Source: a virus
Lineage: Duplodnaviria; Caudoviricetes
Reading direction: 5' to 3' (one strand)
Length of the DNA: 64,000 nt
Virus record (IMG/VR): IMGVR_UViG_2974528084_000001
Coordinates: 1 to 64,000 of that record
The notes below the pieces were generated by a model that saw only the letters and a list, made by a program, of their open reading frames with translations, was not told the origin of the DNA and did no database searches. This document shows positions 46,659 through 54,906 of the stretch, in pieces (position 1 is the stretch's first letter; each line of letters opens with the position of its first letter). A program made the position numbers and the translations under genes.

Positions 46659-46750
46659 ATCACCTTCTCGTTATAAGTGGTATGTGCCGGCCTTGCCCCT
46701 ACCGGCTCGTGTGTACCCTCAACTTCCACTTTACACACCGCCCAGCACGA

Positions 46751-47029
46751 TCAGTCGTCGATCTCGATCTCTTCGTCTTCTTCGATCTCGAGCTCGACGA
46801 GCTTGAACTCGGCGACCTGTCCGCCGAGGTAGTCGGTGAGCGACTCGGTGATCTCCGGACCTTCGCTGTCGAGGAAGTCCTCGAGCGTAGCGGTCGCGAC
46901 CTCCACCTTCTGGTCGGTGGTCAGCTCGTCGGTGTCCTCGATGTCGTTCTCGGCCATGAGGTCCTCGAGCAGGTCGTCATCGAGGGTGATGGCGCCTTCT
47001 TCGACCTTGATCTTCAGGGTGACAATCAT
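46751..47029 (-). CDS. highly acidic small protein
   Basis: D/E-rich throughout; RBS GGAGGT. Confidence 0.7.
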   Translation of the reverse strand: MIVTLKIKVEEGAITLDDDLLEDLMAENDIEDTDELTTDQKVEVATATLEDFLDSEGPEITESLTDYLGGQVAEFKLVELEIEEDEEIEIDD

Positions 47030-47030
47030 T

Positions 47031-47258
47031 TCAGTTACCTCCTGTGTTGGTTGCGATCTCGTCAACAGACAAGACCTTTACGGTGACATCGCCACCGAAG
47101 TTGTAGATGACATCTTCGAGCGCCACTTCGCCAGCCTCGAACATGTCGAGGTCGTACTTGACGGCCTCTTCCGGGGTTGTGATCGGAGTCTCCGAGCACT
47201 TGTAATGGTCGAGGTCGATCTTCGGCTCGTCGATCTCGACAATCAGGTTGATCTTCAC
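47031..47258 (-). CDS. acidic hypothetical protein
   Basis: GTG 47258 overlapping the lysin B stop. Confidence 0.65.
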   Translation of the reverse strand: MKINLIVEIDEPKIDLDHYKCSETPITTPEEAVKYDLDMFEAGEVALEDVIYNFGGDVTVKVLSVDEIATNTGGN

Positions 47259-48115
47259 TAGAGCTCCTTGGGTTCCATGTCTGCGAGCTTGCGTGCGATG
47301 TCGTTGGCGATCCACTCGGGGACCGTTACGCCGTCCACCTTGTACTTGCCGTACGAAGTATGCACGTTGCTCGTTATGTACTTGATCCCCCGGTCAATGG
47401 TGCGCTTGAGCTTGGACCTGAATCGCAGGTAGCCGCCCAAGCCTTTGTATCCGTACTCGTCGCGAATCTTCTTCTGGAAGCTCGCACTGTTTAGAACGGA
47501 CAGCGAGTACCCAACCCAGCCGAGCACGTCACCAACCCAGAACTTGTTGGTGAACACGCTGATCTCCTGGAACAGGTCCAGGCCTGGGTCCGAGCTGGCG
47601 ATGATGTCGCCCGGTGCGCAGAACTGGAACACCCGCCCGCGTGCCCAGCGCCAGTCTCCGCGCTCCCCGGTGATACCCTGCCCGCCAGGGTCCGGGCCGA
47701 CGACCTTGTCGTTGTGGTTTCGGCGCGGGTCCGAGATGCCATAGTAGGAGACGAGGTTGTTGTCGAGCTCGGGGTCCGGGTGACTGTCCAGAACCCACTC
47801 CATGAACACGTCTCCGCCGATGGTGGCACCTTGCGAATATCCCACGATGAAGACTGGAACATTCGGCGGGATGGCCCTGAGCATCTTGCGCAGGTTTGTC
47901 ACGCCCTTGTGAACCGAGCTCTCGTAGCTCGCCTTGTCGCCGTATCCCGAGGTGTACGGCACAGACCAGTGCGTGATTGCCCACTTGTGGTCCGTCTCCA
48001 TGAGGCGACCGAGCGCGGAGCTGATCAGCTTGGTCATCCCGGTGGGCGGCAATGGACTCGGAGCGTCATGCGTCTCTGAAGTGCCGGGCACCAGGATCAG
48101 ATACGCCTCTCTCAT
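47258..48115 (-). CDS. lysB: lysin B (cutinase-like alpha/beta hydrolase)
   Basis: VPGTSE, GYSQGA nucleophile elbow, SDPRR, CAPGDII. Confidence 0.85.
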   Translation of the reverse strand: MREAYLILVPGTSETHDAPSPLPPTGMTKLISSALGRLMETDHKWAITHWSVPYTSGYGDKASYESSVHKGVTNLRKMLRAIPPNVPVFIVGYSQGATIGGDVFMEWVLDSHPDPELDNNLVSYYGISDPRRNHNDKVVGPDPGGQGITGERGDWRWARGRVFQFCAPGDIIASSDPGLDLFQEISVFTNKFWVGDVLGWVGYSLSVLNSASFQKKIRDEYGYKGLGGYLRFRSKLKRTIDRGIKYITSNVHTSYGKYKVDGVTVPEWIANDIARKLADMEPKEL

Positions 48116-48633
48116 GCGATCTTGCCGTGCTTGAAGGGGCGCGACTGGTTGTAGCGCAGCTTGTAGATCACCGCTTCCGCCAGTGAGGCGTTGGCACCGG
48201 AGCGCTGGAGCTCCTCGGCCGAGTCTCCGAGGCGGATGATGATGTCTGCGAACTCGGAGAAGATGCCTTCGGCCTTGCGGATGGTGCCATCGGAGTTGTA
48301 CGGGTCGGGATGACGAGCCTCGTCCTTCTTGACGCCGACCTTCTTGTCATTGAACCAAAGCGGCGGCTCGTTCTCGCGCCATGATTCGAGGCCTTCGCTG
48401 ACCTCGGAGTGGAGTAGTGCGGTGACCAGGCCGAAGTTGCGGGGCTCGCCGTTTTCCTCGTGGAAGCCGTGGGCATCGGTCGCTGTCCAGCAGCAGGCCT
48501 GAATCAGGTCCAGCGCTGTGGCGATCAGCGACTCGCCCTCGGTGGTCAGCTGCCCCGTCTGGTGGTTGTACAGATGGTCGACGGGCTGACCTGCCAAGAA
48601 CGCCTCGGCCTGATCATGGGTGGGGTATGTCAT
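48112..48633 (-). CDS. MazG-like nucleotide pyrophosphohydrolase
   Basis: LLHSEVSEGLESWR, EFADIIIR, KLRYNQSR. Confidence 0.75.
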   Translation of the reverse strand: MTYPTHDQAEAFLAGQPVDHLYNHQTGQLTTEGESLIATALDLIQACCWTATDAHGFHEENGEPRNFGLVTALLHSEVSEGLESWRENEPPLWFNDKKVGVKKDEARHPDPYNSDGTIRKAEGIFSEFADIIIRLGDSAEELQRSGANASLAEAVIYKLRYNQSRPFKHGKIA

Positions 48634-48635
48634 TC

Positions 48636-48800
48636 TTACTTCTCCTTAATCACAACGTGTCCGTTGATCCTGTTGAGGTATCTCTTCTGCCCCTTGTAGA
48701 TGCCGTGCATTACGTCACCCTCGGGAGCCAGTAGCCACCGATGCAGAAACTCGAAGCGTTGCAAGAACATTCCAAGTCGATCGCGCTTCGAGTACGGCAT
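48636..48800 (-). CDS. hypothetical protein (54 aa)
   Basis: TGATG overlap at 48800; fills the gap. Confidence 0.55.
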   Translation of the reverse strand: MPYSKRDRLGMFLQRFEFLHRWLLAPEGDVMHGIYKGQKRYLNRINGHVVIKEK

Positions 48801-49363
48801 CAGGGCTCCCACTCGTTGTTGGCGATTTCTCCACCGCCGAGCTCATTCTTCAGCATGGCTTCCCATGCCTCCTGTCCCTCCGGGGAGAACAGTTCTTCGA
48901 TCGGACAGATCGCTGTTTCCTTCGGACGGAAGCCTTCGATGCTGTGGCGTATCTCAATCACCACATAGGGCCAAGTCGTAATCTCTTGCGACGACACCAG
49001 GCGCGACATGTTTTGGATGACCGCGCGGTCGTTGGGCAGGAACACCCCCTGCAGGGCGTCCTCCGTTCCCTTTTGCATGTTGGTCACATCGGCCCAATTG
49101 CGGGTTACAGTTTTCGAGCGCGTCTCGTATTGGGTGCGCTGTCGGCTAAACGAGTACCGAATTGAGTAGTACGGACCCGGCAGACTTTCCGCACCGCCCT
49201 CGAGTAGCTCCGCAACCAGCGCGTCCTGGTAGGACTTGAGGGTTTTGTTCGGTGTCACCTTAGGCCAGGGCTTGCGACCCTTGGTGATGACCTGAACATC
49301 TCCCATTGCCCACGGCTCAGGATTGAGATTCAGTGCCGCTGCCACGATGTTCGGGTAGCCCAC
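48800..49363 (-). CDS. rusA: RusA-like Holliday junction resolvase
   Basis: DVTNMQKGTEDALQG...NDRAV. Confidence 0.7.
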   Translation of the reverse strand: MGYPNIVAAALNLNPEPWAMGDVQVITKGRKPWPKVTPNKTLKSYQDALVAELLEGGAESLPGPYYSIRYSFSRQRTQYETRSKTVTRNWADVTNMQKGTEDALQGVFLPNDRAVIQNMSRLVSSQEITTWPYVVIEIRHSIEGFRPKETAICPIEELFSPEGQEAWEAMLKNELGGGEIANNEWEP

Positions 49364-49472
49364 TGTTCACCTCCTTCTCCGCAAGGAATCTTGCATATCC
49401 CTGCGGGTACTCGTCGGGCATACTCAGGGCGATCTCTCGAACGCGTTGCTCAAACTCATCTTCATTAGACAC
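49317..49472 (-). CDS. hypothetical protein (51 aa)
   Basis: GTG 49472; fills the gap between DUF4406 and RusA genes. Confidence 0.45.
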   Translation of the reverse strand: MSNEDEFEQRVREIALSMPDEYPQGYARFLAEKEVNSGLPEHRGSGTESQS

Positions 49473-49827
49473 GAGTGTCTCCGTACTGTGTGCGCACGAG
49501 CTTGAAGGTCTCGTTGATCTTCCATACACGCATGTGCAGAAAGACTGCGATGTCGAGTTCCATCTTCGCCCCCCGCGAAGCACCCCAGCCAGGCATGAGG
49601 ACGAGGTCGGTGCACTCCAGCATGGCCTTGAGATCGGCGCGAACGTAGTCCTGGTAGGGCAGATCGCCGGGTTCGCCGGGAAGTGTGCGCGCAACCTCTG
49701 CTGGGCTGACCACATCGTAGCCCTGATTGCGCAGTTCCTTGGCGAACAGGTCAAACTTGGCGAAGTTGTGCCCTTCGATGCCGGTCATCGGACCTGCGAT
49801 GTAGAACTTCCGCAGCAATTCAACCAT
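49465..49827 (-). CDS. DUF4406 / nucleoside 2-deoxyribosyltransferase-like protein
   Basis: YIAGPMTG...HNF...LMPGWGASRGAKME. Confidence 0.8.
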   Translation of the reverse strand: MVELLRKFYIAGPMTGIEGHNFAKFDLFAKELRNQGYDVVSPAEVARTLPGEPGDLPYQDYVRADLKAMLECTDLVLMPGWGASRGAKMELDIAVFLHMRVWKINETFKLVRTQYGDTRV

Positions 49828-50960
49828 TACTTGTCGCCCCTATCTTTCGGAATGTCAACGCGAGGCATAACGCACGCCTCGAACCCCTCGTCGGCCGTGA
49901 ACTTGACCATCGACGTGGTCTTAGAGGGGTTGTAATGCAGTGTGATTGTCTTGCCTGGCGCCTTGGAGACGACATCGGTGAAGGTCTCGAGTGAGAACAG
50001 ATACTTCACCGGATCATGAGTCGATTCAACCTCAAGCATCAGGGACTCTTCGATCTCTTCCGCAGAATCGCGGTCCTTGATTGCGAGTGTCAGCATGTCT
50101 CCGGCGATCCACACGTCTAGTGCGATCTGCCGATCAGACGAGCCGATCTTCGACACCCTAGATAGTACACCGACGATAGTTTCTTTGTCAAACGAACACG
50201 AGTCCTCGTGCGGTTTGTCCATCATCCGACTGACCGGGTCGAACTTCTCCTCGAACAACGAGCACTTGATGTAGATGTCCTCGGTTGGTGAGATGACGAG
50301 GTTCGGACCGAGCACTCCGACCTCGCACTCCTCAATTGAACGCAGGATCGGGCCGATGAGGTGATAGGGAATCACTACATTGTTGCGTCCGTCTGCAAAC
50401 TTGTAGTCGTTCGGCACCCGCATGGCGACCTTGCCGTTCGAGGAGCACAGGTACTCCTCGTCCATGTAGAGGCCGGCCCTGGGCGGAAGGCCGTCGTTGT
50501 TCACTCCCCACCCGATCAGTTCCATTCGAGCCCCGAGACCCTTTGTTGGGTACATTCCGTCAGGATCGAACATGAACTCCTCGCGACTCGGGTAGTCGCC
50601 ACCCCTGAGGAAGGGTGTGCTAGCCCTCATGCGTCCGCTTGTGATGCGGAGCTTGCCGCCCTCGTCAATGAACTTGGACTTGCCCGACAGCGGAAGTGCA
50701 GTCACGATGCCATGAGTCGAGATCGAGGACACCCGCCAGGTGACCGGGGCTTCGCACTCGATGGAGAGGGGGTAGAGGAACTCGGTGTAGTACAGCGAGC
50801 CGTTGGTTGTCCTCAGGGTTACGTACTCATCGACCGGATTGGCGTCGATAACGAACCCCTTGAACAGATCGAAGTCACGACCGCGAGTCGGGGCCACGAT
50901 ATTCGCACGCTTGAAGGCATCCGCAAGCGTTGCGTTGTTGAACTCGATTGTGGTTCCCAC
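49827..50960 (-). CDS. dnaN: DNA polymerase III beta sliding clamp
   Basis: 377 aa with a three-domain clamp pattern; ends ACVMPR. Confidence 0.8.
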   Translation of the reverse strand: MGTTIEFNNATLADAFKRANIVAPTRGRDFDLFKGFVIDANPVDEYVTLRTTNGSLYYTEFLYPLSIECEAPVTWRVSSISTHGIVTALPLSGKSKFIDEGGKLRITSGRMRASTPFLRGGDYPSREEFMFDPDGMYPTKGLGARMELIGWGVNNDGLPPRAGLYMDEEYLCSSNGKVAMRVPNDYKFADGRNNVVIPYHLIGPILRSIEECEVGVLGPNLVISPTEDIYIKCSLFEEKFDPVSRMMDKPHEDSCSFDKETIVGVLSRVSKIGSSDRQIALDVWIAGDMLTLAIKDRDSAEEIEESLMLEVESTHDPVKYLFSLETFTDVVSKAPGKTITLHYNPSKTTSMVKFTADEGFEACVMPRVDIPKDRGDK

Positions 50961-51587
50961 TCAGGCTCCCGTCAGGTCAGCGCACGCAGCCGCTGGGCCG
51001 GTGATCCACTTCTCGATGCGGCGCTCCATGTCGATGGAGTGCATGAGATCCTCGAGCGCGCGGTGTGTTGCCTTGTCGGGCGGGCTGACGTACTTCGTAG
51101 GATCGGTGTCGATCTTCTTCCACAGATCAGGACGCGTTGCCTTGAGCCGCTCCATGTCCGAGCTCGAGTCGACCACCCGGTAGTGGAAATACTCGTTGAG
51201 CTTGGGCATCTTCTGCTCGAGGAACTTGCGATCGAAGTGCACCGAGCTACCCCACACCGGCAGGCCCTTGATCTGGAACCCGCTGATGGCATCGAGAATG
51301 CGTGTCTCGATCTCCTCGTACTCGCGGGTCGGGAGTTTGCGCTCCATGAACCCGCGCAGCTTGGGGAACAGTCCATTCTTGTTGTGCATCTCACGCACAG
51401 GCTTGACGAAGCTGTTGTCGGCTAGGCGCTGGACGACCTGCGGGGTATAGAGGATGCCCGACAGAGTCTTGCCTTCGACCGGCGTCCAGGTCGTCGTGTC
51501 CACCACCACGATGGCGAACTCGATGATCTCCTCTGTAACCGGGTTCAGGCCGGTGGTCTCGAGGTCGATGAATACTGCATTGCTCAT
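50961..51587 (-). CDS. orn: oligoribonuclease-like DEDDh exonuclease
   Basis: IDLETTGL, GSSVHFDRKFL, HYRVVDSSS, HRALEDL; ATG 51587 after AAGGAG. Confidence 0.85.
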   Translation of the reverse strand: MSNAVFIDLETTGLNPVTEEIIEFAIVVVDTTTWTPVEGKTLSGILYTPQVVQRLADNSFVKPVREMHNKNGLFPKLRGFMERKLPTREYEEIETRILDAISGFQIKGLPVWGSSVHFDRKFLEQKMPKLNEYFHYRVVDSSSDMERLKATRPDLWKKIDTDPTKYVSPPDKATHRALEDLMHSIDMERRIEKWITGPAAACADLTGA

Positions 51588-51784
51588 TGGGTCTCCTTCT
51601 CTCGGCTGACGATGTAGTTGTGCACGTCCTGGCGTGGGATCAGGTACCCCTTGCCCGGACGGTGGGCGTTCGGGAACTTCCCCGCCTTCACCAACTCCCG
51701 AACGTGGTTGACTGTCACCAGCAGGATCGCCGCCACCTGGTCGGTCGTCAGGTTGTCGTTCTCTGGCGCGATGTTCACGGTCAC
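51584..51784 (-). CDS. excisionase-like helix-turn-helix protein
   Basis: LTTDQVAAILLVTVNHVRELVKAGKFP. Confidence 0.75.
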   Translation of the reverse strand: MTVNIAPENDNLTTDQVAAILLVTVNHVRELVKAGKFPNAHRPGKGYLIPRQDVHNYIVSREKETQ

Positions 51785-52046
51785 TTCTTTCGTAGTATCT
51801 GTCTATCAAGGCAGATTCCTTGATGTCGCTCTCGGCAAGGACTTCTACTTGATCCACACAGTTCTCGCATATGGATCGAGTTCGTATCTGAGACGGCGCA
51901 TTCCTGTAGTGCCTGTCATACTCGATCCAGTATGTGAACTGAAACACACCTGCATGATACTCGATACGAGCTGGGGTTATTTCTGCGTACCGATCACGCG
52001 GAAACTTGCAACCCCTGCGTTTCCACGCGCAGCCCGCAGCCCTCAT
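51781..52046 (-). CDS. Cys-motif domain whose frame does not stop and continues into Orn (track ORF 50961..52046)
   Basis: ATGA overlap at 52046; CAWKRRGC...CENC; no in-frame stop before 50961. Confidence 0.5.
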
Positions 52047-52327
52047 GCCCCCGCATGAACTCGCTGCATGATGGCATTGAGGTCTTTCTGTAGCGAATCA
52101 ACCACCTTCAGGGTGGCCTTGTGCACCTCGTACTTCTCCAGGGCTTGGTCGATCTTCACCTTCGACTGGCTTTCCTTGGAGGCCTTTCTGAGATCTGCTT
52201 CAGCTTGTTCTACGTGCGCCCGGCTGTCGATCAGCAGGTCCATGAGGCGCTGCTCGAACAGGTCGAGCACCCGTCTGTTGCGGTCCTCGAACAGCTTGCC
52301 AACGTTGACCAGTACAGTACGAATCAC
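52043..52327 (-). CDS. coiled-coil hypothetical protein
   Basis: GTG 52327 overlapping the helicase stop. Confidence 0.65.
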   Translation of the reverse strand: MIRTVLVNVGKLFEDRNRRVLDLFEQRLMDLLIDSRAHVEQAEADLRKASKESQSKVKIDQALEKYEVHKATLKVVDSLQKDLNAIMQRVHAGA

Positions 52328-53892
52328 AGTGTGCCCTCCAGTGCATCGTTGAGCTTCTCCATGAAGCTCGCGTCCACGGAACCCTTGGCTCCGTTGCGAA
52401 TGATAGTATCGAACGAGAACTCTTTGTCTTTGATGATCTGTTCGACACGGTACTCGGCTGAGTTCTTCACCATGTAGTCGAACACCTGGATCGAAGGGTG
52501 ATGCTCCGATCCGACTCGGCGCATACGGCCAACACACTGGTCGTTCAAGCCGGGGCTGAACTCCTTGCCGATGAACTGCCCGTGATTAGCGGCAGTCATG
52601 TTAAGGCCCACGCCCATAGCTTTGATGATCCCGATGATGACTCCCGGCTCCCTGTCCGCCGTCCAGTCCTTCACCACCTGCTGACGCTTGTCCTTGTTTA
52701 CCTTGCCGTGAATCTGGTAGACCGGCGTGCCGGGCCGAGCCTCCTCGAGGCGCCGCATGTAAGCGGTGATGATCGGCATGAACTGGGTGAACACAATGAG
52801 CTTGTGTCCGTTGTCCAGTATCTCGCACGCGTCCTCGATGGCGAGGTCTAGCTTGGGCGACTCGTCCCAGTCCGGGAGCAGTGTGCATGTGGATGCACAG
52901 ATCTGACGCAGGCGCAGCTGCCGAACCATCGGCCACTCGAGCGCTTCGTCCTGTTCGTCGGTGAACGAGGGGACGTACTTCTGTAGCTTGTGTTCGGTAG
53001 CCAGGTAGTTGTACATCTCACGAGGCTTGTCCACCAGCGACACCATGCGCTTGATAACCTGCACCTCGGGCAGGTCGATCACGTTGTCGATCTCACGACG
53101 CAGCATGACCTGAGACAGACGAGCCGCCAGCTGTCGTTCGTTCTTGACTGCCGTGACCTGCTTGCCGTTGAACCCACCGAGTACACAGTACTTCGCCTTG
53201 AAGCCTGCGAACGTGCCCCATTGACCGGGGGTCACCCAGTCGAGGAGAGTCCATAGATCGTCCACTTGGTTGGTCATCGGCGTCCCACTCATGGCGAGGC
53301 GACGACCGGAGGCCAGCTGACTGATGTTCTTGTACGCGTTGGTCTCGCGGTTCTTGATGATGTGAGCTTCGTCGGCCACGAGGTAGTCGATGTTCAGCGA
53401 ATTGAGCTGCTGGATGTGATCTTCAAGCGCCTCGTAGTTGATGACCAGAATCTTGTGGTTGTCGATGCGCTTGAACTCTTCAATCTGCTTGAAGCGATCA
53501 ATGAGCGTGCCGGTCGCTACGCAGTAGTCGAGCTTGGTGAACTTCACGATCTCGTCGGCCCAGTTCATGCGCAAGGAAGCTGGCACAACGGCGATCATAA
53601 CGCACCGCTTCTGTGGGTCCTTCTTCACCGACGACCAGATGTGCATACCGAAGGTGAACAGCGCCTGGATGGTCTTGCCGAGACCCATCTCGTCGCCAAG
53701 GATCGCACCCTTCTTGTTCTTCAGCCACCGAACGCCCTCCTCCTGGTAGGGCTTGAGCTCAATCTCGGGGCGAATCCAGTAGTCGAGTGATCCTCTACTG
53801 CGTGGGCCCTGCGTACCCGAGAGCGTGTTCAGTTTTTTCGCTGAACCTGCGCTCAAGGGTACTGACGAAGGGCGTTCGTTCACCGTTGTCAC
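52324..53892 (-). CDS. SNF2-family helicase/ATPase (start uncertain)
   Basis: GDEMGLGKT, VADEAH, SGTPMTN, GVGLNMT, CVGRMRRVG; GTG 53892 after GGGAG, or a +1 shift from the upstream ORF. Confidence 0.85.
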   Translation of the reverse strand: MTTVNERPSSVPLSAGSAKKLNTLSGTQGPRSRGSLDYWIRPEIELKPYQEEGVRWLKNKKGAILGDEMGLGKTIQALFTFGMHIWSSVKKDPQKRCVMIAVVPASLRMNWADEIVKFTKLDYCVATGTLIDRFKQIEEFKRIDNHKILVINYEALEDHIQQLNSLNIDYLVADEAHIIKNRETNAYKNISQLASGRRLAMSGTPMTNQVDDLWTLLDWVTPGQWGTFAGFKAKYCVLGGFNGKQVTAVKNERQLAARLSQVMLRREIDNVIDLPEVQVIKRMVSLVDKPREMYNYLATEHKLQKYVPSFTDEQDEALEWPMVRQLRLRQICASTCTLLPDWDESPKLDLAIEDACEILDNGHKLIVFTQFMPIITAYMRRLEEARPGTPVYQIHGKVNKDKRQQVVKDWTADREPGVIIGIIKAMGVGLNMTAANHGQFIGKEFSPGLNDQCVGRMRRVGSEHHPSIQVFDYMVKNSAEYRVEQIIKDKEFSFDTIIRNGAKGSVDASFMEKLNDALEGTL

Positions 53893-54118
53893 TGAGGATC
53901 TCCCACTTGATTGGAACTGATTCACCGAGATCGTTGGTGCCTTCGATGAACTCAATGCGACAGTCAGGGAAGTGCCGCTCGACCCAAGCGATGTAGGCGA
54001 TTGCTTCGCTAACTGTTCGGGGGACAGAAGTGTTCCAGACTTCGGACAGACCTGCCTCACGATAGCGGTAGGCCTTGTAGGTACGGTGTACGTCTTCTGC
54101 TTTCGGAACAAACTTCAC
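53795..54118 (-). CDS. hypothetical protein, possible N-terminal domain of the SNF2 helicase
   Basis: GTG 54118 (GTGA overlap); overlaps the helicase frame across GAAAAAAC. Confidence 0.6.
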   Translation of the reverse strand: MKFVPKAEDVHRTYKAYRYREAGLSEVWNTSVPRTVSEAIAYIAWVERHFPDCRIEFIEGTNDLGESVPIKWEILSDNGERTPFVSTLERRFSEKTEHALGYAGPTQ

Positions 54119-54789
54119 CCCCACTTCGTCTTGTTCTGACACCCCTTGCACCCCCCATCTCGGTCGATATGCTCTCGCATGTCCGCGACCGAGGCGTATG
54201 GCTTCTCGCAGGCCGCACACTTGAGTGGTTGCTTGCCGACCTTGACTCCGGTCACGCCGTGATTGAAGCTGTAGGTCTCTGTTTCCGGCGGCTGCGATAC
54301 AGCCATCAGCGGCTTGGGCTTGGGCAGTACCTCGCCGATGTCGATGTCGCTCTCCGAGAACTCGCCCGCAAGTCCGCCGATGTAGTTTAGTCCAGACTCG
54401 GCTTCGCTTGGCTCGCCCTCGGGTAGCTCGTCGATCGCCTTCATGATGTTGTCGTAGACGTGGGGGTCTGGGTCTTCCTCGCCTCCGTCCAGGCCTAGGG
54501 CAGCCTCGTAGGTCTGCCCGTCCACCATGCGGCCTCGGCGGTAGACCCGAGCTCCGACGATGATGCCCTGGAGCTTGAAGGCATACGCCGTTTGCCCGAG
54601 CTCGCCGATCAGCTCGTGCACGAAATCCATCTGGTCATCGGTGAGCTCGTCGATGAACGACGTGAAGGCAGCGAGGTCAGCGTTGTGACTCTCCTCCTTC
54701 TTGCGCGCGTTCTCCTCGTACTGCTTCTGCTGGAACTTCTGGAATTGCAATGCTTGCCGGAACTCTTCGGGCAGGTCTTCGTCGGGCAT
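54115..54789 (-). CDS. acidic protein with C-terminal Zn-finger
   Basis: CAAC...H...CKGC; ATG 54789. Confidence 0.75.
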   Translation of the reverse strand: MPDEDLPEEFRQALQFQKFQQKQYEENARKKEESHNADLAAFTSFIDELTDDQMDFVHELIGELGQTAYAFKLQGIIVGARVYRRGRMVDGQTYEAALGLDGGEEDPDPHVYDNIMKAIDELPEGEPSEAESGLNYIGGLAGEFSESDIDIGEVLPKPKPLMAVSQPPETETYSFNHGVTGVKVGKQPLKCAACEKPYASVADMREHIDRDGGCKGCQNKTKWG

Positions 54790-54813
54790 GTGTTGTTCCT
54801 TCCTGTGGGCACC

Positions 54814-54855
54814 ATAGTAAGGGGGCTGCAACCACAGTAGCAGCCCCCTTACTAT
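54814..54855 (-). terminator. 16-bp perfect hairpin containing a TACTAT -10 box
   Basis: ATAGTAAGGGGGCTGC-10 nt-GCAGCCCCCTTACTAT. Confidence 0.7.
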
Positions 54856-54906
54856 CCTGGCCCTTCTGATCGACGGGTGATTGGCACCCTAGCAGGGGAA
54901 GCTCGA

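Noticed and set aside
46660-46750. Intergenic GTGTGTA/TACACAC and GCCGG/CCGGC stems
   Set aside because: Short stems with large loops; could arise by chance and no clear promoter spacing
48112-49827. MazG-like + NDT-like genes as a Z-base or 7-deazaguanine modification pathway
   Set aside because: No PurZ, DatZ, DpdA, QueC/D/E or FolE motifs, and no phage polymerase recognised in the window
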